Position numbers and translations under genes: made by a program. This document shows positions 56,901-64,000 of a stretch of 64,000 nucleotides of DNA, piece after piece. Below the pieces are notes generated by a model. It searched no databases. It was not told the DNA's origin and saw only the letters and a list, made by a program, of their open reading frames with translations. This DNA is from an uncultured delta proteobacterium (GTDB taxonomy: Bacteria; Desulfobacterota; Syntrophorhabdia; Syntrophorhabdales; WCHB1-27), in assembly GCA_963810935.1 (NCBI GenBank), contig CAWEPK010000007.1:128001-192000 (forward strand). Direction: 5' to 3'. The first letter of the stretch is position 1. Each line of letters opens with the position of its first letter.

Positions 56901-59900
56901 CCGAACGCAGGGACGGGCCAGACCGTCAATCTCACCTATACCGCGGCCAACGGCACGAACGGCGGCCAATTGAACAATTACACGATCCCGAGCACGACCA
57001 CGGCAACGATCACGCCTAAGAGCATCACCGCCACTATCTCGGCGAATAACAAGACCTACGACGGCACCACGACGGACACCGCGACCTACACGCTGCCCGG
57101 CGTGATCTCTGGAGACAACCTGTCTTTGGCGTACAGCGCAGCCTTCACCGACCCGAACGCTGCAGCGAACAAGACGGTGAACATTACGGGAATATCCCTC
57201 TCGGGAACATCCGCCGGCAATTATTCGTTGACTAACACTTCTACTCTTCAGACAACGGCGACCATCAGCCCCTTGGCGCTCATCCTTTACGGTGCCCTAT
57301 CCTCGAATCCCGGTAGCACAACCATCCCCGCCTCGACCCTCAGCGCCACCAACGTAGTCGTGGGCGATACGGTTGCTATAGGCGGTTCGGCGACCATCGC
57401 CGGCACCTCGTCGGGCGCCCAGCCGATCACAAACGTAAGCAGCCTGACCGTCAGTAACCCAAATTACACACTCACCGGGGCAACCGGCGCGGTTGTGATA
57501 GGTCACCAGAGCCTGGCGCTGGACCACGTGGCCAGCGGCACGGCCAATATCTCCACCTCAGGCACTACCACCACTATTACGACAAGTACTAATAGTACGG
57601 TAATCGACTGGTGGCGCTTCATGATCGCCGCCAACGAGACGGTGAACTTCGTCGAGCCTTCGGCCACATCCATCGTGCTCAACAGGGTAACGGGTAGCGA
57701 GCAGAGCGTGATCAACGGTATCCTGACGGCGAATGGCAGGGTCTTCCTTATCAATTCGAACGGTATCCTCTTCGGGTCAGGCTCCAGCGTCAACGTCGGC
57801 GCCTTCCTGGCTAGCAGTCTCAGCATAAGCGACACCAACTTCAATGGCGGTAACTACGTCTTCGCCCCGGCCAGCACAAGCGCCCCGGTCATCAACAACG
57901 GCGGCATTACTACAAGCGATGGAGGGTTCATCGCCCTGTCAAGCAACCAGGGCGTCACCAACTCCGGCACCCTTAACGCCCCTGACGGTAAGGCCCTTCT
58001 GGTGTCGGCCGACAGTCTGACCCTGAGCCCGAATACGGCCACGAACGGCCTTACGAGCTATGCCATCGCCTCACTCGATGGGACGACGATCTTGAACGGC
58101 GTGGTGAACGTAGCGGGATCTCTCAGTAACGGGGGGCTCATAGAAACAGCCGGTTCGGTCATCAGCCTGGGCAATGGCTACCAGATAGGCACCGGCAACA
58201 GCGGGCCCTGGTCCTACAGCCTGCCCACTATCACCATCGGCAGCAGCGGGAATGTGGCCGCCTTATTCATAGAAAATAGTCTGGCCCTTCGCAACCTCAC
58301 TTTCAATGCACTTAACGGCAATATCACCTTCAACGACGCCGTCACCTGGTCCGGGAACTACCTCCTCACGCTCAACGCGGCGAACAACATCAACATCAAC
58401 AACGCCATCGCTGGGACGGGCACAAGTTCCGGCCTGGCCATGAACTACGGCGGCAGCTACAACATCCTTACTCCTGCTTCCTTCAGCGGCGCGGTCCTCA
58501 ACTCCGCCGGGATACCGATTGCCCAGACGGATACGAGCGGAGGGGTTTATGGGAGCGTCTCCCTATCGGGCTCGGGTGCATGCCTAAAGATAAACGGTAA
58601 TGCCTACACACTGATCCACAGCATGAGCCAGTCCCGATTTGCTCGACGGCTTTAACTCCACAACCACGGTGGACACAGGCACCATCTCCGGGTACTATGC
58701 CCTGGCTCAGAACCTCAATGCCTCCGGCACAACTTACGAGGCACCGCTCATAGGCGGCTTCTCCGGCACCTTCGCCGGTCTCGGGCACACCATCAGCAGC
58801 CTTACCCTGAACACGCCCTTGAGCGCGGTAGGGCTCATAGGCACAACGGCATCCGCAGGGACTACCGTGATACGTGATATAGGGCTCACGAACGTCAGCA
58901 TCACCGGGGGCGGTCTTCTGGGAGCGTTGATAGGCAATGCCGGTGCCGGAACCACCATCAGCCAGGCATATGCCGATCAAGGCAGCGTAACCGGTACGGG
59001 GGGTAGCGTAGGCGGGCTGATAGGGACCATTACGAGATCAAGCGTTACGAACTGTTACACCAACGTGAACGTGACTGACCCCACAGGGCAGTATGTCGGC
59101 GGGCTGATCGGCGCAGCCACTACCACACCTATCACCAGTTCACATGCTTCGGGAACGGTGATCGAGGGAACGGCAGGGGCACTCACTTATATGGGTGAAG
59201 GCGGCCTTGCCGGATATACCACCGGTGGTACGACAGTAACCAATTCTTACGCAACCGGCAACGTGACCGCAGCCGTCTCATCGGAATACGTAGGCGGCCT
59301 CATCGGGTGGCTCAACTCACAAACGGGTGACTCGGTCACTAACTCCTTTGCGACCGGAAGTGTGGTGGGATACAACACCGTCGGCGGCCTCATAGGAACT
59401 GTAGGCATGGTCGGGTCCGGGGGTCTGCTGACCGTCAGTAACTGCTATGCAACGGGCAACGTGACGTCAACCTGGAACGACTCTAACTCTAACGACAGTA
59501 ATTATTATAACGGAGCAGGCCTGGGAGGCCTTATCGGCTATGCGTACTATGTAAACATCACCAACTCCTTTGCCACGGGCGCCGTGAGCCTGCCCACGAC
59601 GAGTACAAGCGTTCAATTTCAGTACATAGGCGGCCTTGTTGGCGAGATACAGAAGGGATCGGTTACCGACTCCTACGCCACGGGAAATGTCAATGCCGGG
59701 GCGGCCGGTTACTACGTGGGCGGCTTGGGGGGCTCGGCCGGTACCACCGTCACCAACTCCTATGCCACGGGTAACGTAACAGGCTACCAGGATGTCGGGG
59801 GCCTGCTGGGAGTGAACTCCGCCACGACAAGCAACTCCTATGCCACGGGCAACGTGTACGCCACTTTCGAGATTGCCGGCGGCCTGGTAGGTTGTGGCGG

Positions 59901-60648
59901 CGGCACCATCACCAATTCATATTCCACGGGCAACGTGTACGCCGGTCGGTGGGCCGGAGGGTTCGCCGGAGATATCGCTTATATGACCATTATCAACTCG
60001 TACGCCACGGGCAATGTCACGGCAAACGGCGCTGCGGGAGGCGGGTTCGGAAGATTGGATGCCAATAACACCGTCACGGACTTCTATACGACGGGCACCG
60101 TCACCAGCAGCACCGGTATTGCGGGTCCACTTGTCGGAGAATTACAGTACGGGGGTAACAACATCACCAATACGTTCTGGAACGGGAGCAGCCAGGGGAA
60201 TCCGGCCGGCCAGACGGATACCGCCGGCTCTCTCCCGGGCCACGCCAACTATAACAACTCCCAGGGCCTCACCACGACACAGATGAACGACGTGCAGTAC
60301 TACATGAACGGCACCATCAATCAAGTGCTTGCAGTGCGCGCGGCGGAGGCGGCCTACGCAGCCCAGCAGGAAGCCAATTTCGAGGCCGACGGACAGCAGA
60401 CCGGCGGCCAGGCATCATTCAGCGGCCAGGAGAGCAACGCTACCGGCCAGGGGCTCAATAACCAGATCAGCAGCTTTACGCCTTCCAACACCGGGACGGT
60501 TAACGGGACGATGGATAACCATATCGTCTACTCCGATTCGGGCAGCTACTCAGCCACCATAAAGTCGATCAATGCAGACGGCATGCAGTTCGACCTGGAG
60601 GGCGGCGCGCCGGACGGTGCAAATGTCCCAGGCGGGACAAATAAATGA
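53915..60648 (+). CDS. Giant filamentous-haemagglutinin-type TpsA exoprotein 1 (TPS domains, GLUG and YDG-like repeats); two +1 frameshifts (~53971, ~58635)
   Basis: AGGAGG RBS; signal peptide; TPS domain (INWQTFSI..ETVNFNQP...LNRV...LINSNGI); GGLVG/GGLIG..SYATGNV repeats; NKTYDGTT repeats. Removing two bases gives one 2243-aa ORF. Confidence 0.88.
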
Positions 60649-60682
60649 CCGGACTTCGACTAACTATGGAAAGGATAAAAAT

Positions 60683-61679
60683 ATGAACGTAATAAGATCG
60701 CTTATACTTGCTCTTATCATGGTTTCTCTCGGGTTTTCCCCGGTCTTCGCGCAGAAAACCGCGACGAAGCCCGCTGCAACAAACCCTAAGCCCGCCGCCG
60801 AGAAAAAGCCGGGGGTAGTGGCTGTAGTAAACGGCTCCGATATCAACCTTGACACTTTTACAGTGGAGCTGTACCGGGCGGAGCGCCAAATCCTTAACGC
60901 AGGCAGGCCGCTCTCCGCGCTGCAGGTGACGCGTCTGAAGTCAGAGGTGCTGGAAGCCCTGGTCAGGCAGGAGCTTCTTTACCAGGAAGCCAGGAAGACG
61001 GTCCGGGTTACAGACACCGAGATCGCGGGGGAGCTGGAGAAGCTGAAGGACCAGTTCCAGAACACGTCCGACTTCACAAGGCTCACTCCCGTGCTGCGGG
61101 TGCAGGTAGAACGAGGCCTCGCGATCCGCAAATACATAGACAGCGCTTACGTCTCCAAGGCGACCGTGACGGACGCGGAGATCAAGGTCCTATTACGACG
61201 GCCACAGGGACGGCTTCCGCCAGCCCGAGCAGGTGAAAGCAGCCTACATATTCGTCAAGGTCGATCCTCAGAATGAGGCCAAAAAAGCGGAGTCGAAAAA
61301 GAAGATAGAAGACATCAAAAAGAAACTTTCCGCAGGAGAAGACTTTGCCGCCCTCGCGCGCGCCAATTCCGACGACATCACCGGCGCACGCGGCGGGGAC
61401 CTGGGTTACGTGCGGCAGGGGCAATTGAACAAGCCCGTCGAGGAAGCCCTTTTTTCGCTGAAGCCTGGAGAAGTGAGCGACATAGTCGAAACGAAGGTGG
61501 GCTATAACCTCGTAAAGGCCGTAGAGCGCAAGCCCGAGACCACAATGCCTTTCGAGAACGTGAAGGACCAGTTGCGCACAGCCCTCCGGCAGGAAAAGGG
61601 GCAGCAGGAAGCTAACGCCTATATCGTAAAGGTGCGGGAGAAAGCCGCTGTCGAAACATTCCTGCCTGCGGAGGAATAG
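60683..61679 (+). CDS. SurA/PpiC-type peptidyl-prolyl isomerase (foldase); +1 frameshift near 61186
   Basis: Signal peptide; VAVVNG..I, LVRQELLYQEA; rotamase motifs GEDFAALA..NSDD...GGDLG, EALFSLKPGEVSDIVETKVGY; 331 aa after correction. Confidence 0.88.
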
Positions 61680-61735
61680 GTGGAGGGCTGGAGCCGTTTG
61701 TGTCACGGAGCCTAACAAATAACATGGGGGGCTTT

Positions 61736-64000
61736 ATGCGTATGAAATGGAGTCATAGTAAGAAACCGATGTCTCTTGCCTTGGCCCTGCTTTGGCTCTA
61801 CGGCCTCCTGGCAGGCCCTCTTCTGGCCGCCCCCACGGGCGGCGTAGTGACAAGCGGCACCGCCGCCATAGTCCAGTCGGGCAATACAACGAACATCAAC
61901 CAGTCCACGAACAAGGCCTCCATAAACTGGCAGACATTCAGCATAGCCCCGGCAGAGACGGTCAACTTCAACCAGCCTGGCATCTACGCCGTTACCCTGA
62001 ACAGGGTGGTAGGCAATGAAAGCAGCCTAATCCAGGGTGCATTAAACGCTACAGGCAGGGTATACCTTATCAACTCCAACGGCATCCTCTTCACCAAGGG
62101 GTCTAGTGTAAATACCTCAGGCTTCTTAGCCAGTACCCTGAACATAACGGATGCGGACTTCAACGCAGGCAACTACGTATTCAACGCCAACGGTTCTTTA
62201 GGCTCCATAGTAAACCAGGGGACTATAACAGCCAACAACGGAGGGTATGTAGCCCTTCTGGGCAATACGGTATCCAACCAGGGGGTAATAGCAGCCACCA
62301 AGGGTACGGTAGCTCTAGCCTCAGGCGACCAGATAACCTTAAACTTCAACGGCAACTCCCTCCTTAACGTAACGATAGACCAGGGCACCTTAAATGCCCT
62401 GGTAGAGAACAAGCAGGCCATCTATGCAGACGGGGGTACGGTAATCCTCACCGCCAAAGCAGCAGACGACCTCCTATCCGCCCAGGTGAATAACTCAGGG
62501 CTGATCCAGGCGCGCACCATAGACGACCTTAAAGGCAACATAAAGCTTCTCGCCCAGGGAGGTACGGTCAACGTGGCAGGTACGCTGGACGCCTCGGCCC
62601 CTAACGGCGGGGACGGGGGGTTGATAGAGACGTCGGGCAACAGCGTGAAGGTGGCCGACAGCGCAGTCATCACCACTGCGGCGGCTTACGGCAAGGCGGG
62701 GACGTGGGTTATAGACCCGGATGGGTTTACCATCAGCGTGCTGAACGGAGACATGAGCGGCACGGCGCTCTCCAATGCCCTTAATAGCGGGAATGTCACT
62801 ATCGCCTCTACGTCCGGCTCCGGCACAGACGGCAACATAAACGTAAACGACCCGGTGTCCTGGTCGGCCAATACGCTCACCCTTAACGCCACCAACAACA
62901 TTTACGTCAATAACGTGATGACGGCCACAGGGACGGCGAGCTTTGCGGCCAATTACGGTTACGTTCTTAACAACGGTGTCCCGACGACGACGCCGAGCGG
63001 CACGGGCAACGCGGACGGCACGCCTTATGGGCTGTACATGAGCCAGGGCATGTTTAACCCGAACTCCTGGACCAGGTCGTTCGCCGGCCAGATCTATTTC
63101 AGCGGGACCGGCACCGTGAAGCTGAACGGCACAACCTACACAGTCATTAGCGATTTGAACGGACTGGAAGCAGTCAACAACAATCTGGCCGGAAACTACG
63201 TACTCGGCGCCGACATCGGCAGCGTCATGTACTTTGGCCCGACTGCGTATTGGAATGAATTCACCGTCCCCAACTCCATCGGCAGCGCCGGCACCCCTTT
63301 CACCGGCAACTTCAACGGCTTAGGCCATGCGGTCCAGATCCCCGAGTTGGCCGCGACGGGACTTTTCGGCGCCATCGGCCACGGCGGTACGGTCAGCAAC
63401 CTGGCTATCTTCGATCCCCAGATCGACCCCCAGACGAACCCCTCTGTCGCGATCCCGGCCGTAGGGATGTTCGCGAACATAAACCAGGGCAGCATCATCA
63501 ACAGCTTTGTCTCCAGCCTCAATTGGGGTGTGGTCTTTAATAACTTGAACATCACCTATGCTGGCGGCCTGGTCGGCGACAATTCCGGGCTGATAGCGCA
63601 GACCTATGTTTTCGGCGCCCCTATGTATGCGACGAATGTCGCCGGCGGCCTGGTCGGCATCAACGAAGCGTCCGGCAAGATCATCGACAGCTCGGCGCGG
63701 TCCGACCCCAATACTTACCTCGGCTCTATCCAAAATACCAACGCCACTGGCATTACCTACGTGGGTGGTCTGGTAGGGATAAATAACGGCCAAATCGAAC
63801 GCTCCTATTCCAACGTCCAGTTACAGCTTTCAGACTCGACTTCAACGGCCGGTGGTTTTGTCGGACAGAATAACGGAACCATCGACCAGTGCTATGCATA
63901 TATGTCCGGAACCAACCAGGCTGCCACTCTCGCGGGATTCGTCTACGACAACACCGCAACCGGCAAGATCACGAACTCTTATACTACGGCCCTCTACACC
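61736..64000 (+). CDS. Filamentous-haemagglutinin-type TpsA exoprotein 2 (partial, runs off the right edge)
   Basis: Hand translation gives MRMKWSHSKKPMSLALALLWLYGLLAGPLLAAPTGG...; the same frame at the window end reads GKITNSYTTALYT, collinear with exoprotein 1. Confidence 0.9.
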   Translation, partial: MRMKWSHSKKPMSLALALLWLYGLLAGPLLAAPTGGVVTSGTAAIVQSGNTTNINQSTNKASINWQTFSIAPAETVNFNQPGIYAVTLNRVVGNESSLIQGALNATGRVYLINSNGILFTKGSSVNTSGFLASTLNITDADFNAGNYVFNANGSLGSIVNQGTITANNGGYVALLGNTVSNQGVIAATKGTVALASGDQITLNFNGNSLLNVTIDQGTLNALVENKQAIYADGGTVILTAKAADDLLSAQVNNSGLIQARTIDDLKGNIKLLAQGGTVNVAGTLDASAPNGGDGGLIETSGNSVKVADSAVITTAAAYGKAGTWVIDPDGFTISVLNGDMSGTALSNALNSGNVTIASTSGSGTDGNINVNDPVSWSANTLTLNATNNIYVNNVMTATGTASFAANYGYVLNNGVPTTTPSGTGNADGTPYGLYMSQGMFNPNSWTRSFAGQIYFSGTGTVKLNGTTYTVISDLNGLEAVNNNLAGNYVLGADIGSVMYFGPTAYWNEFTVPNSIGSAGTPFTGNFNGLGHAVQIPELAATGLFGAIGHGGTVSNLAIFDPQIDPQTNPSVAIPAVGMFANINQGSIINSFVSSLNWGVVFNNLNITYAGGLVGDNSGLIAQTYVFGAPMYATNVAGGLVGINEASGKIIDSSARSDPNTYLGSIQNTNATGITYVGGLVGINNGQIERSYSNVQLQLSDSTSTAGGFVGQNNGTIDQCYAYMSGTNQAATLAGFVYDNTATGKITNSYTTALYT

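Overview
GC-rich bacterial chromosomal window. The gene content (sigma-54 activator with acyl-CoA/CoA-transferase genes, HDOD/GGDEF, multi-PAS kinase, Zur box type) suggests an anaerobic Desulfobacterota/Syntrophorhabdus-like organism; this taxonomy is inference only. From left to right: small secreted/membrane genes bracketed by a 112-bp palindromic repeat; a multi-PAS hybrid kinase; a TonB-dependent receptor-exbB-exbD-tonB operon preceded by a CxxC/RAPP leader peptide; acyl-CoA ligase, MarR and ClC; a ~290-nt highly self-complementary intergenic element; zur-znuACB; rsmI, slt, pgsA, HDOD, GGDEF, tpx; a sigma-54 acyl-CoA dehydrogenase/CoA-transferase/aromatic-acid MFS operon; a recently duplicated TPR-like gene pair; PfkB kinase; tRNA-Gln(CUG); a GntR-Liv-ABC-TPP/SDR/VOC/ALDH catabolic cluster; and a molybdate-related block. 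The best candidate for an undescribed system is that last block (49.7-64 kb). Four ModE-type palindromes (CGTTATAT-N8-ATATAACG-like) sit in the promoters of modA, an unknown small gene, a Kelch-repeat lipoprotein and an operon of giant two-partner-secretion (FHA/HxuA-like) proteins with a PpiC chaperone. This suggests a Mo/W-starvation-regulated surface or secreted system. The second-best candidate is the structured RNA-like element at 16973-17265. Six +1 frameshifts in otherwise intact genes are probably sequencing errors. No database searches or folding programs were run; family calls rest on motif recognition by eye.
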